DNA from: Nitrososphaeraceae archaeon
GTDB lineage: Archaea; Thermoproteota; Nitrososphaeria; Nitrososphaerales; Nitrososphaeraceae
Length of the DNA stretch: 39,239 bases
Direction: 5' to 3'
Assembly: GCA_036557905.1 (NCBI GenBank)
Contig: DATBGR010000491.1
Location: 1 to 39,239, forward strand
Shown: positions 19,625 through 29,933 of the stretch, piece by piece
Layout of the letters: each line of letters opens with the position of its first letter
How positions within the stretch are numbered: the stretch's first letter is position 1
Notes under the pieces: model-generated
The model's input: only the letters and a program-made list of their open reading frames with translations
Told to the model about the DNA's origin: nothing
Databases searched by the model: none
Program-made: the position numbers and the translations under genes

Positions 19625-20173
19625 TTATTTTGTCGGTGATTTCACTTGTCCCTTTATTTCGCCCTTCTCATGATCCAATGTACGAATTTCCACAAAAGCC
19701 TTACCCTGTTTCATTAGACTCACCAAATCAGTTATTTTCTTGCCAGCTAATGGGCCATCAAGATCATCGGATGTTATGGTTCCGGTAGATAGTACTCCAT
19801 TCACTTTTCCAGTAGGTATGCCTGACTTACCATTATGAATTGCATATGGGTCAAATACTTGCGCAAGTAGCGATCCATTGCTTTCGATTATGTGTGCCCC
19901 AATTACTCCATCGATATTATTTGTGTTTACTTCATAGCTTAATGTATCGTTCGAGTTTGGAGTGAATTTAGCCATCCCGGTTGCTTGGGCATTTACAGGG
20001 GGATTCTCATTTTTACCAGTTAGTGTTGCTGTGTACGTTACTTGTTGCTGCTTTTGTGCGAGTACCAAGATTGAAACATTGCCCGACCACACGAGTGTAT
20101 TAACAATCAACAGCGCCGCGACAAAACTTGTAAGAAATATTCCCTTAGTTGGTACTGACTTATCCTTTATCAT
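19625..20173 (-). CDS. Secreted CHRD domain protein
   Basis: It has a signal or anchor segment followed by LTGKNENPPVNAQATGMAKFT and then AFVEIRTLDHEKGEIKGQV. These match the CHRD blocks (L.G..EVP.....A.G and YVN.HT...P.GEIRGQ). Confidence 0.8.
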   Translation of the reverse strand: MIKDKSVPTKGIFLTSFVAALLIVNTLVWSGNVSILVLAQKQQQVTYTATLTGKNENPPVNAQATGMAKFTPNSNDTLSYEVNTNNIDGVIGAHIIESNGSLLAQVFDPYAIHNGKSGIPTGKVNGVLSTGTITSDDLDGPLAGKKITDLVSLMKQGKAFVEIRTLDHEKGEIKGQVKSPTK

Positions 20174-20829
20174 ATAAATATACTATAATTTCTTAGTGAA
20201 GACTGTAATAATACAGGTTACTTAACCTTGTTAATTTAATAATGCATGATATCTTGACGTATCTACAATAAACAAACAGCCTTGTACTATTCTACAAATT
20301 CAATCATCTATAAATCAAGTAACATTATGTTGTTACTGTATTTATCAATTTTAGACTAACGATATCATTTTGGATGTCGGTGCTTGACTAGGCCAAAACC
20401 AAAGACAACGGGGGTATTAGGGTAATATTTTGATCCAGCCTCTTTTGTAATTGACAATACCGACATTAGACTAGCAGTACTGACTGATTCCAGTTTCTAT
20501 GTACACTGTCACAAATTGTAGTTTCAATGTTAGGGGGCCGTGTAAACAATAATTTATGCGTTCATTTTCATGTTAACAAACTTCTCATTAACGGTTTTAA
20601 TCTACTATTGTGATTTTTGTGCCGCTCCTTAGCCTTACACCTTCGTCAAGCTCTAACTACGATGCGCTTTCTGATTTAATGAAATCTTTTTTGGCTATTA
20701 GCCTACTTACTAGAGTAACTAGATTTGCGTTCTTGTGTTGAATCATAATATATAATGTCTATTGGTTTCTATTATTCTTAGCATCATTGATAAAATAATA
20801 AACAATATGCTACGAGACAATGATGTTTT

Positions 20830-21093
20830 CTACTTGTTAGCATTGGCGAAGAATTGTTCTCCGGTGGCCATCGTTACCTCTGTAATCCATTCGCACTTGA
20901 TGTCCACTTTATCATGATGTTTGACAACAGCCTCTCTGTCAGGCGCATTTAGAAGACAGAAGCATACGCTTGCCTCCTTATTGTAAAAGAGATTAACATG
21001 CCTGACGCCATATTCGTCTGCTGGATCGTCCATCAATTGTCTCAGATGACTTTCCTTAAAGGGCACTTTGTGGACATCAAGAAAAATTGGCAA
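20830..21093 (-). CDS. DUF4242 (SCO4226-like) small protein
   Basis: MPIFLDVHK...YGVRHVNLFYNKEASVCFCLLNAPDREAVVKHH...ITEV follows the DUF4242 pattern (MP.fMDvH ... FCL.eAP..EA...H ... I.EV). The start is TTG. Confidence 0.7.
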   Translation of the reverse strand: MPIFLDVHKVPFKESHLRQLMDDPADEYGVRHVNLFYNKEASVCFCLLNAPDREAVVKHHDKVDIKCEWITEVTMATGEQFFANANK

Positions 21094-22182
21094 TATTATG
21101 GATAATTGAAAGTTGTATATAACTTCTTCCGATGAGTGTGTTTGAATAACGACAATAATGACGTCCTCAGATCAAGAATTATGATCGGAACATGATAGAA
21201 TAGATCATTTGTCACGACAAACAGGATAAAGATCGTAGTGGAATTGACCGCTTATTGATATTGAATTGCTTACTACTAGTGGTGATATCAGATGCAACAG
21301 AAAAAGCATGGGCAAAACAATGATTTCACGATAATGCAAGTAGTGATCGAAATCGAGATAAGGAGTAGACGGTAGCATAGGAACGAGATAATGTGATGTT
21401 CCTAGAAAAAATATTGCAAAATTCTAAAAAGAAAACTGAATCAAAATATTTGCAATATTGGGCCTTATGGTGGAACAGGTGTAACATAAGCAGAGGTAGG
21501 CAGCGAATCATATCTCTTCACCATAGATTTAACTACACGTTAAGGCCTGTAAATAATTAATTTGAGAAACATATTATAAATTTTATGAGAAATAGTGTGT
21601 ATTCAAGTCTAGTATTTAATGATAGATTTTTGACTGACGTTATTGCATTACAAAAGAGCTCCAACAATGCTGACCATGTTATCTCTTACTAAACGTTGGG
21701 TGAACAACAGAAATCTAAATGATATATTCAATTAGCAAATCGAAAAGGAAGCTACTTGTCTCGACTTGCTGGTAGGTTAATCAGTTTGGGTTGGTAATGC
21801 TTTACTATATTAGAATAGACTAGCTAAGGAATCATCACCTGATTAGTGTATATATAAATGTAATTTAGGGATTACACTATTTGTACTAATGGGAACATCT
21901 GATATCCGTGTCTACATACTAATTTACGTTATATTCGTGAACTTGTAGACTCTTATCTAATCTTTATCAATATGTAGATAGTGGAATGACCTGTCTCATC
22001 ATGGATTTTATTGTATTGGATCTAGACTCGGTCAGCATATTTAATTTAAATATGATTATAAAGATATAACTGAGTTAAGGTACGACAATTATATTATATC
22101 TTTTAGTTGGTAGTTGATCTGACCAATTTTTCAATGCCTATCAAAGTGATATAAAAGTAACTAGAATTCTCTTGAGATTGAG

Positions 22183-22192
22183 ATATATAAAA
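22183..22192 (+). promoter_or_regulatory. TATA-like box upstream of 22221 gene
   Basis: ATATATAAAA is centred about 34 nt upstream of the ATG. Confidence 0.3.
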
Positions 22193-22220
22193 GTAAATCA
22201 AGATATGTATTGTAGATTTC

Positions 22221-23303
22221 ATGCCTCAAGTAGGTTTTCGCAGTCCAAGCGGCGTAATGGAGGTACGTCACTCTGAGAACCTATATAGGCAAATTTTAGA
22301 TGTAATATCCGCCACTCAAGAAAAAGCTGATTTTTGTATAGATAACAAAGGTTTGTCAATTCTAGTGACTGATAAGCGTTTGCTCGATGCTGTAAAGGAC
22401 TTGGTAAGGGCTGGTGTAAAATTAAGGTTTATCACCAATATAACCAGAGAAAATATTTCATTTTGTAAACTCCTACTAAAGCATTGCAACACAGTGTTTC
22501 ACGCAGACTGGGTTAATGGTAATTTTCTAATAATAGATGCAGGAAAGTATTTGTTCTATGTTGTAGAAAGCGAACTAGAAAATGATAAAAAAGTTCAGGA
22601 ACAAGTTTTATTCAACGATGATAAATCATTTGTAGATGCACAGCAGTTTTTATTTGAAAATGTGTGTGGCAATTCGATCCGTGCCAAAGAGAAGATAAGA
22701 GAAATTGAAAGAGGATTTAGGGGCGAATTTACCGATATGGTCGAAAACGCATCTGAAATTCAAAGAATTGGCATTAATATTTTAGAATCGGCATCTTTTG
22801 AAATACTCGTGTTATTTTCGACAACTAATTTGGTCAATCTAGCCTCGAGCAGTGGAATATTAAATTCACTGTGGCGAGCATCGAAGCGTGGCGTGACAAT
22901 TAAAATGTTGATACAGTCCGATCCTGATCAGTCAAACGATTTTGTGCAAAAAATAATTGATGAAAAACATCTGGCAATTAATGTCCAGCATATTACAAAG
23001 CCGTTACAAAGTAAGATAGCTACTTTAGTAATTGATCAAACCATTTCCTTAGCAATAGATGCTAAAGAAGATAATTCTGAAAAAACATTTGCCGAAAATA
23101 CAATGATTGCTATACATTCAAACAACGAATCAACCGTCTCTTCTAGTACTTCTATATTTGAAACTCTATGGATACAGTCTGAGTTCGATAAACAAAACAA
23201 AGTAAAACAGGCATACTTTCAAATATTTAAGGGCCTTAAGCTTAAAGATGAAACATACAATAGGCGTTGGTCCTCTTCTCACGAAGAAACAACTGACAAA
23301 TGA
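22221..23303 (+). CDS. Tandem PLD-like / TrmB C-terminal-like domain protein without HTH
   Basis: There are two internally similar halves. The first is ...LLDAVKDLVRAGVKLRFITNI...FHADWVNGNFLIIDAG. The second is ...ILNSLWRASKRGVTIKMLIQS...QHITKPLQSKIATLVIDQ. Both resemble the PLD-like middle domain of TrmB regulators. There is no canonical HxK(x)4D motif and no N-terminal winged helix. Confidence 0.6.
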   Translation: MPQVGFRSPSGVMEVRHSENLYRQILDVISATQEKADFCIDNKGLSILVTDKRLLDAVKDLVRAGVKLRFITNITRENISFCKLLLKHCNTVFHADWVNGNFLIIDAGKYLFYVVESELENDKKVQEQVLFNDDKSFVDAQQFLFENVCGNSIRAKEKIREIERGFRGEFTDMVENASEIQRIGINILESASFEILVLFSTTNLVNLASSSGILNSLWRASKRGVTIKMLIQSDPDQSNDFVQKIIDEKHLAINVQHITKPLQSKIATLVIDQTISLAIDAKEDNSEKTFAENTMIAIHSNNESTVSSSTSIFETLWIQSEFDKQNKVKQAYFQIFKGLKLKDETYNRRWSSSHEETTDK

Positions 23304-23573
23304 GTAAAAAAATAAAACACAAAACAAACTACTAGAGATGCTCTAGATTCTTTTTCATCATCCTTAGTTAGGAGTACGCTGCAAAATATTTTGAAATAGA
23401 CAAAATATACAATATATTTTCGACAAGGCTGTCGTTTATTAGTTAGTAAGACTGATATTATTATAATTATACGTGCCTGGGACTTCGTATCGAATCGATA
23501 CTTCATTCGTATTTCTACGACAATAGGATATAGCTAATCCTTCCCAGACAATACGTGAACAAGATGCTTTGAC

Positions 23574-23822
23574 TCAGTCATTGTCTTCTAATCTCTTTCT
23601 TAGAGCAGCTTCTAATACTTCCTTATCAATACTGGCGACAACTTTATTACTTGCCGTCTTCATGTCGTCGATGTATTTCAGACCATCTGAATCTATATTG
23701 CCGTTAGGATTAGCATCAGCAATAGTCTTTATAGCAGTGCCCAAACCCATTAATACTGCTAATGATTCATCGAGAGTAAATGTTACCGATTCCGGCTTAT
23801 AGTTTGATTCTATCGTATCCAT
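23574..23822 (-). CDS. Hypothetical small acidic protein (82 aa)
   Basis: Its soluble, charged composition is more plausible than that of the overlapping plus-strand ORF 23569-23802. I recognise no family. Confidence 0.45.
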   Translation of the reverse strand: MDTIESNYKPESVTFTLDESLAVLMGLGTAIKTIADANPNGNIDSDGLKYIDDMKTASNKVVASIDKEVLEAALRKRLEDND

Positions 23823-24069
23823 CTTGTCTAATAACTTTTGAACTATAAGACACTTAAGTTCATTGCTATATCTGGTTGGTAATTTGGACAGTAGCTTTAA
23901 ACCATCAATCGAATTCCTAGTGATATGTCAACAGACAATTGCAGCAATCTTAAGCAATTGTTATTCATGGTATTCTAGAATCTGATCCCAAGAAGTAGAG
24001 TAGTATTGGTACTGCCATTAGAATACACATTTATGTTCGCACTAATTCTTAACTCCTATAGAGATCAAG

Positions 24070-24522
24070 ATGTCTAATGAAAATCCAGCATTCTCAAGAA
24101 TCTTGGTAGCTGTCGATGGATCTAAACTTTCACTTGATGCAGCAGAAAGGGCCTTAGATTTGGCAAGACTTTTCCATGCGAATCTATATGCCATAACGGT
24201 CTCATATATTCCAGAGTCATATCATCTGAAACAAGAAGATATATTGAATAACTCAAAAAATAAAGAATCTATGACAAATGCGAAGACATGGTTGGATAAT
24301 TTTATGCAATCGGCAAAAGAATATAATGTTATACTTAAGACTGAACTAATTAACAGTCATAGACCAGTGGACTACGTAATCATGGAATATGCAGAACAAG
24401 AAAAGATAGATTTAATTGTAATGGGAACAAGAGGACATTCTGGTTTAAAGGACCTAGTGCTTGGAAGTGTCGCATCCTCTGTAATAACATACGCTCACTG
24501 TCCAGTCATGGTAGTGAAGTGA
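24070..24522 (+). CDS. Universal stress protein (UspA family)
   Basis: It begins ILVAVDGSKLSLDAAERALDLA and contains the ATP-binding G-x2-G-x9-G(S/T) region MGTRGHSGLKDLVLGSVASSV. The length (150 aa) is typical. Confidence 0.9.
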   Translation: MSNENPAFSRILVAVDGSKLSLDAAERALDLARLFHANLYAITVSYIPESYHLKQEDILNNSKNKESMTNAKTWLDNFMQSAKEYNVILKTELINSHRPVDYVIMEYAEQEKIDLIVMGTRGHSGLKDLVLGSVASSVITYAHCPVMVVK

Positions 24523-24966
24523 TACTATTTTAGGCAGCAATTCGATCGTCAAGTCGAATCTAATAAATTGGTAAATTAATGTGGGAATTCGATCATTAAT
24601 CAAAGGACGAATGTGTAATATAATATTGGTCGTACATTTGGATATTTGCTGTCACTATGAAGTAAAGGTAATTGGATTAATTTATTTAAGGATATGAATT
24701 ATCTGTCTTTTTATCTAAACACTTCAGAAATTTGGTAGTTTCGACTACCATCTTCAACAAAAATTGTAGTAAGCAATAGATTAGTTTCAAGATATATTTA
24801 TGGGGAGAATCTAACAAACCTTTTAACATGGTCTAATCATCTTGCAAGAATTTTAATCTTCATTTCAAAATGTTCAAACACTCATAATTACACCCGAGCT
24901 TAGGAACAGGAAGAACTATGTGAGAATAAGAAATAGATACCTGATTATCTATTTCAGTGATAAGTA

Positions 24967-26718
24967 ATGAAAGCATCTGATCTCTTTATAAAATGTCTTG
25001 AGGCAGAAAGGATAGAATATATTTTTGGATTGCCAGGTGAAGAGAATGCTGATCTTATGATTTCACTAGAAAGTTCAAGGTCTATTAGATTTATACTAGT
25101 TCGACATGAACAGGCAGCTGCCTTCATGGCTGATATGTACGGGAGATTGACCGGTAAAGTAGGAGTGTGTCTCTCTACCTTGGGGCCAGGAGCAACCAAC
25201 CTGACTACTGGTGTGGCAAATGCAAATATGGATAGATCTCCAATTCTGGCTATAACCGGACAAACGAGCACCATTTATCTGCATAAGGAATCTCATCAAA
25301 ATATGGATGCTGTAAGTATGTTTCTACCAATAACAAAATGGAGATGGTCAATACGGAATCCTGATAGCATACCACAAATAATTAGAAGAGCCTGCAAAAT
25401 TTCATTGGAAGAAAAGGCGGGAGCAGTTCATCTTGAGCTACCTCAAGATATAGCAAAAATGAATTCTGACATCTTACCAATAGATCCTAGTCAACAACCT
25501 TCTAGATCACGGCCTAGCAGGGCCTTGATAGAAAGAGCTGCAAAAATGATCATGGAGGCAAAGATGCCATTATTATTGGTTGGCAACGGCTGTATACGAG
25601 GTAATGCCTCCGACTGTATGAGAGAATTTGTAGAAAAAACTGGGATTTGTTCTATGAACACCTTTATGGCTAAGGGAGTTATATCTGATAGGGCTGAGAG
25701 GCATTTACAGACGATTGGGATCAAGGAAGCTGATCACGCTTTGCTTGCAATGAAAAATTCTGACCTAATAGTTGCTGCTGGATACGACCTTGTCGAATAC
25801 AGTCCAAAAAATTGGAATAGCGATTTACGCAAGAATATCATTCATATTGATTTTACTCCTGCAGAGGTTGATACATATTACATTCCGACAATAGAGCTTG
25901 CAGCTGATATTGAATTTACTATTAAAGCCATAATTGAAGAGATCGATAAAATTAAACAAAGAACAATATCTCCTGTTGATTTAAAGGATACCAATCAAAG
26001 AAATTCTGGGCAAGTAACGAAATTTGACAGAGACATTGATAAAAGAGAAATGCCTAATCTCTTCCAGAGAATCAAAAAGGAAGTTGTTTGGAGAAATACT
26101 GAAAAATTTAAACGCAATCTTTCATATCCGATTCAACCTGAAAAGCTTGTATTTGACGTAAGATCTGCACTAGACGAGAAAGACATAGTTATTTCAGATG
26201 TAGGAGTACACAAACTTTGGATATCAAAGCTTTATGAAACATACTTACCGAATACATGTATCATTCCCAATGGTTTTTGCTCTATGGGATTTGCCTTACC
26301 AGCCGCCATTGCGGCGCAGCTTGCAAAGCAGGATAGAAAAGTTGTAGCAATGTGTGGAGATGGTGGTTTCTTGATGAATGTTCAAGATCTAGAAACAGCT
26401 GTTAGACTCAAGTTACCTATTATTGTTATAGTGTGGTGTGATTCTGATTACGGGTTAATCTCCTTGAAACAAAAAGAAGAATTTGGCAAAAGTGCATTTA
26501 CTAAGTTCAATAACCCAGATTTTGCCAAGCTCGCCGAAAGTTTTGGAGCTATTGGGTACAATATAAAATCAACAACAGAATTCTCAAGGACCCTTTGTAA
26601 AGCAAAGGAATCTACAGACACCCCTATAATAATATCAATAGGTGTCGATTATTCAAGAAATACCCTACTGCTAAACGATAATTTCACAGCTCTACAAATC
26701 GGGCATTTTGCAGGATGA
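24967..26718 (+). CDS. Thiamine-diphosphate enzyme, acetolactate synthase-like (AlsS/IlvB family)
   Basis: Family motifs are present: GLPGEEN, RHEQAAAFMADMYGRLTG and GPGATNLTTG. The ThDP/Mg motif GDGGFLMNVQDLETAVRLKLPIIVIVWCDSDYG is closely similar to those of catabolic ALS enzymes. No small-subunit gene is adjacent. Confidence 0.9.
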   Translation: MKASDLFIKCLEAERIEYIFGLPGEENADLMISLESSRSIRFILVRHEQAAAFMADMYGRLTGKVGVCLSTLGPGATNLTTGVANANMDRSPILAITGQTSTIYLHKESHQNMDAVSMFLPITKWRWSIRNPDSIPQIIRRACKISLEEKAGAVHLELPQDIAKMNSDILPIDPSQQPSRSRPSRALIERAAKMIMEAKMPLLLVGNGCIRGNASDCMREFVEKTGICSMNTFMAKGVISDRAERHLQTIGIKEADHALLAMKNSDLIVAAGYDLVEYSPKNWNSDLRKNIIHIDFTPAEVDTYYIPTIELAADIEFTIKAIIEEIDKIKQRTISPVDLKDTNQRNSGQVTKFDRDIDKREMPNLFQRIKKEVVWRNTEKFKRNLSYPIQPEKLVFDVRSALDEKDIVISDVGVHKLWISKLYETYLPNTCIIPNGFCSMGFALPAAIAAQLAKQDRKVVAMCGDGGFLMNVQDLETAVRLKLPIIVIVWCDSDYGLISLKQKEEFGKSAFTKFNNPDFAKLAESFGAIGYNIKSTTEFSRTLCKAKESTDTPIIISIGVDYSRNTLLLNDNFTALQIGHFAG

Positions 26719-26867
26719 CAATTGTATAAGATTATGCAATGACAACGCGCATTGTAATAATGACCTGATATGAGGTTCTCAACTAATAGTATAGCCATTT
26801 AACCTCTTTATAAGATGCAAAAGGTGTAAGTACGATTGTTGGAATATACTAGTATGAAATATACACG

Positions 26868-27173
26868 ATGCTAGTCAGAGTTAACAAAATTATCGATAAT
26901 GTTAAGGTTACGGTTACAAAGCTTGACATTGAAGATGACGGCTCTATCACAACTTTGGAAAATCTAGAACTTGATCTGCCTTCAACAGATGATTCAATCA
27001 TTGAAATATTAAAGAATTCTCAATATGCATGCATATTTACAAGTAGAAGCACAAATACTATTAATGAGAATGAAGGCAAGAATACTGTTATCATAGCAAA
27101 CGCAATGACCGCAGAAGAACTTGCCCATGAACAAAGAAAGACGATCGATGCGGTCAGAATGAGGAGAAAATAA
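26868..27173 (+). CDS. Hypothetical protein (101 aa)
   Basis: It is an open frame with an ATG start and plausible composition. I recognise no family. Confidence 0.45.
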   Translation: MLVRVNKIIDNVKVTVTKLDIEDDGSITTLENLELDLPSTDDSIIEILKNSQYACIFTSRSTNTINENEGKNTVIIANAMTAEELAHEQRKTIDAVRMRRK

Positions 27174-27280
27174 TGATAATTGCACTGACAAGTAACTAGT
27201 CTTCAAGCTTAGAAGAATGTGCCTTTAACTACGCAGATCTAAGTTATAATATATCGGGAATGATTTCGAGAAGGACTAAA

Positions 27281-27288
27281 CTTATATT
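27281..27288 (+). promoter_or_regulatory. TATA-like box upstream of cupredoxin 27313
   Basis: CTTATATT is centred about 28 nt upstream of the ATG. Confidence 0.3.
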
Positions 27289-27312
27289 CATGCGTTGTTT
27301 GTCTGTTCCTGA

Positions 27313-27963
27313 ATGAAGGCAAAACTGATGACAGCATTTATCGCTGTATTAGTATCAACATTGTTATTACTTGGTTTAACAAGTCCCTTGACACTTAATT
27401 ATAAAACGAAAGCACAGCAAACGTTAGTAACTCGGATATTAGTTGGTGGCGGAAATAATACTTATCCTTTCTATGGATATGATCCCCAAAGAGTAGACAT
27501 CAAAGCTGGAAGTACAGTAATCTGGAGTGTTCCATCGATGGCGCCGCTTGAACCTCATACTGTTTCATTTGTATTTAACAACAAGGCCTTTGCTCTTCCT
27601 ACTGCACCATTTGTTATACCAAGCTCTTCAAAGTTTGTGCCCTTGCCTAAGGACGCCAATAGTAAACCAAACGTTGTACCTAGCAAAAATGGAACTAGTA
27701 TTGCACTTGTCAGTAATGCAATGTCTTACGATCCATCTTCGATAGATCAAACGGGTAGAGCAAAAACATATAATCCCAACAGTAGTTTACGTGTGTACGG
27801 TAATGAGCACTACATTAACTCTGGTTGGCTCATTCCAAAGGGAACTGAAAAAATATTCCCTGGTGCTTCAACCATATTCACTCTGACCTTCCCAAAGTCA
27901 GGGACCTATAACTATACGTGCACATTGCATCCCTGGATGATCGGACAAGTTGTGGTAAAGTAA
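27313..27963 (+). CDS. Secreted blue copper protein (plastocyanin/amicyanin-like cupredoxin)
   Basis: It has a signal peptide and an upstream His in EPHTVSF. The C-terminal YNYTCTLHPWMIGQVVV is a canonical type-1 Cu loop (C-x2-H-x2-M). Confidence 0.85.
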   Translation: MKAKLMTAFIAVLVSTLLLLGLTSPLTLNYKTKAQQTLVTRILVGGGNNTYPFYGYDPQRVDIKAGSTVIWSVPSMAPLEPHTVSFVFNNKAFALPTAPFVIPSSSKFVPLPKDANSKPNVVPSKNGTSIALVSNAMSYDPSSIDQTGRAKTYNPNSSLRVYGNEHYINSGWLIPKGTEKIFPGASTIFTLTFPKSGTYNYTCTLHPWMIGQVVVK

Positions 27964-27991
27964 TAGCTGAAAACTTAACAACAACACGAAT

Positions 27992-28031
27992 ATTCCTAAT
28001 TCACAAAACCACAATGTATTTAGGAATTTTT
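27992..28031 (+). terminator. Hairpin plus T5 downstream of cupredoxin gene
   Basis: An 8-bp stem forms between ATTCCTAA (27992-27999) and TTAGGAAT (28020-28027), followed by TTTTT. The loop is long (20 nt), so this is a weak call. Confidence 0.25.
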
Positions 28032-28748
28032 GCCAATGCCTCATTTTTTGTGGCCTGAAAGCGATAAATTATTGTGTCACTCGACAAGTTTTCCAACGCA
28101 ATTTTATATTTGGCTATTTATTTGTCTATAACTAACTTTAATAAGAATGTGCAAAGTATTTTTAAAGATAAAATATCAAGCATGTCTGAAATGTAAATTA
28201 TATGATTACTATAGGGATCATGATTTTCGCAATGTTATCTGAAAATTGTGCCAACAATTAGAACATAAATCCAATTTGGCAATATGTGTTCTATATTGTG
28301 ATCATGGCCATCTGATATTTCATATTGGATGAGGTTAATTGTCTACACACGGATTTATGAATAGAGTCAAGATGCAGGAAAATAGATCGACTGGCTATTA
28401 CAGAAAGGCCAGAAAAAAATTGCGAATAATAGTATTGTCTAATAACGTAAATGATTATGATACAGGAGAAAATGCCGTATCAAATAAAAAAAGCGTAGAT
28501 ACCAAAGATCGTGATATCTTCGCCTGATTATTCAAAGATATGTGAACGTAATCATAAAATAAATACTATTCTAATAGCTACAGCATTATATCCGAAATAT
28601 CCAAAGATATCTAAGCTTATTGTTTAGAATTCAAGCAACATTATCTATTACCATCTGACTCAATCTTGAATAGGCAATTGATATGGTATAATCACAATCA
28701 TGATTATGATGACGATCCTGTTCGTAACTGCAATATCAAATTATTTGG

Positions 28749-29393
28749 CTATTTTTGTTGTCTGATTTGTTCTTCGAAATGATGCTTCCATCCTTTAGGT
28801 AGAGATTCAATACTGATGGCCTTCTTCATGGTTTCGACATCATTTTTATCTTCTACATATAAACGAACTATATCGTTTATAGTAACATTATTTCTATTTC
28901 TACTAAAAAGTTTAAGTTCGTCCCCTGCTCCAACCTCTCCCTCTCTTAATACCTTAAAGTAAATACCTGGCCGCCGACTTTTCAGAAACATTCTAATCAC
29001 GTCTGTTCTCCCAAACTTAATTCCAAGCTTATAACACGGCATTCGTGGTTGTGTTGCTATTAGTCTGGAAGTGCCAACTTGAAATTTATCACCAATGTTC
29101 ACAGAGTCCTCGACTAATCCTTCCGTTGTGAAATTTTCACCAAACATTCCCCATGAGAAAGCCATATCAGGTAATTCCCGTTGCCAATACTCATAATGCT
29201 CTGAAGGATATGCATATATTGCCTTATCAATCCCTCCATGTACTGTCAGGTCCGCCTGTTTATCTCCGTCTAGATTTAGCTTCCTCAATTTAACACGTCC
29301 TTTTACTGGTTCCTTGAAAATTCCTGTCATAACCACGTCTCCTTTGAATTTGACCTCACGAGGTAGTCCTACATTGACAGAAAGGATTTTCAT
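28749..29393 (-). CDS. MOSC domain protein (YiiM-like)
   Basis: The sequence MKILSVNVGLPREV...DGDKQADLTVHGGIDKAIYAYPSEHYEYW...GENFTTEGL...QPRMPCYKLG shows the MOSC beta-barrel with its conserved Cys, plus a C-terminal 3-alpha region. Confidence 0.9.
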   Translation of the reverse strand: MKILSVNVGLPREVKFKGDVVMTGIFKEPVKGRVKLRKLNLDGDKQADLTVHGGIDKAIYAYPSEHYEYWQRELPDMAFSWGMFGENFTTEGLVEDSVNIGDKFQVGTSRLIATQPRMPCYKLGIKFGRTDVIRMFLKSRRPGIYFKVLREGEVGAGDELKLFSRNRNNVTINDIVRLYVEDKNDVETMKKAISIESLPKGWKHHFEEQIRQQK

Positions 29394-29933
29394 TACTATG
29401 TTCTATACTAATCATATGTCTTATAAATAGTAGGCAAATAAAAAGTCGAGATAATTTTTGGTGATTATAAAATATTGATCCCTAAAATAAAATAAAATAA
29501 TATACCAAGTAGGTTATTTGCATGATAGGGAAAGCTAACGACCTATCTTATCCTTTCAATGCATAATATGCAGCAAGCAAGCCACCACGCAGAACGTCAC
29601 AGGTATGCATACTGCACTAGAGGATCCAACACGGATGATTATCACTGGAAAATCGAGCTTAGTAAAATACTTGAACTAAAATTGAATACATAATTATAAT
29701 ACAAATACTGATTTTATTATTACTAATCATTATATATTAATTGTTAAATCTGTTTAGACTGTCTTACAAATGTGATCGCTAATGACAATGCTTCTTATGA
29801 AACAAAGCAAATGTATATAATTGTAGATTCTTTGAACCAAATTAGAATAGTATTTTTGTTTCTAGAAACCATGAACATAGAGATAACCACCTCATTATCC
29901 AATGTAATGAAAAAATAAAGTGATGGCAGTTTT

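Noticed and set aside
21326-21511. ORF 21326-21511 (-) in the long spacer.
   Set aside because: It has Cys/Phe/Leu/Ser-rich non-protein-like composition and no promoter-like context.
26353-26445. A possible loss of the metal-binding Asn in the ThDP motif of the ALS-like enzyme (VWCDSDYG, Cys codon 26437-26439).
   Set aside because: As I recall, catabolic ALS sequences vary at the position after Trp (V or N), and the metal ligand is the following Asp, which is conserved here. There is no anomaly.
28339-28527. ORF 28339-28527 (+), TTG start.
   Set aside because: It is a basic low-complexity translation in an AT-rich spacer and is not supported by any motif. It is left uncalled.
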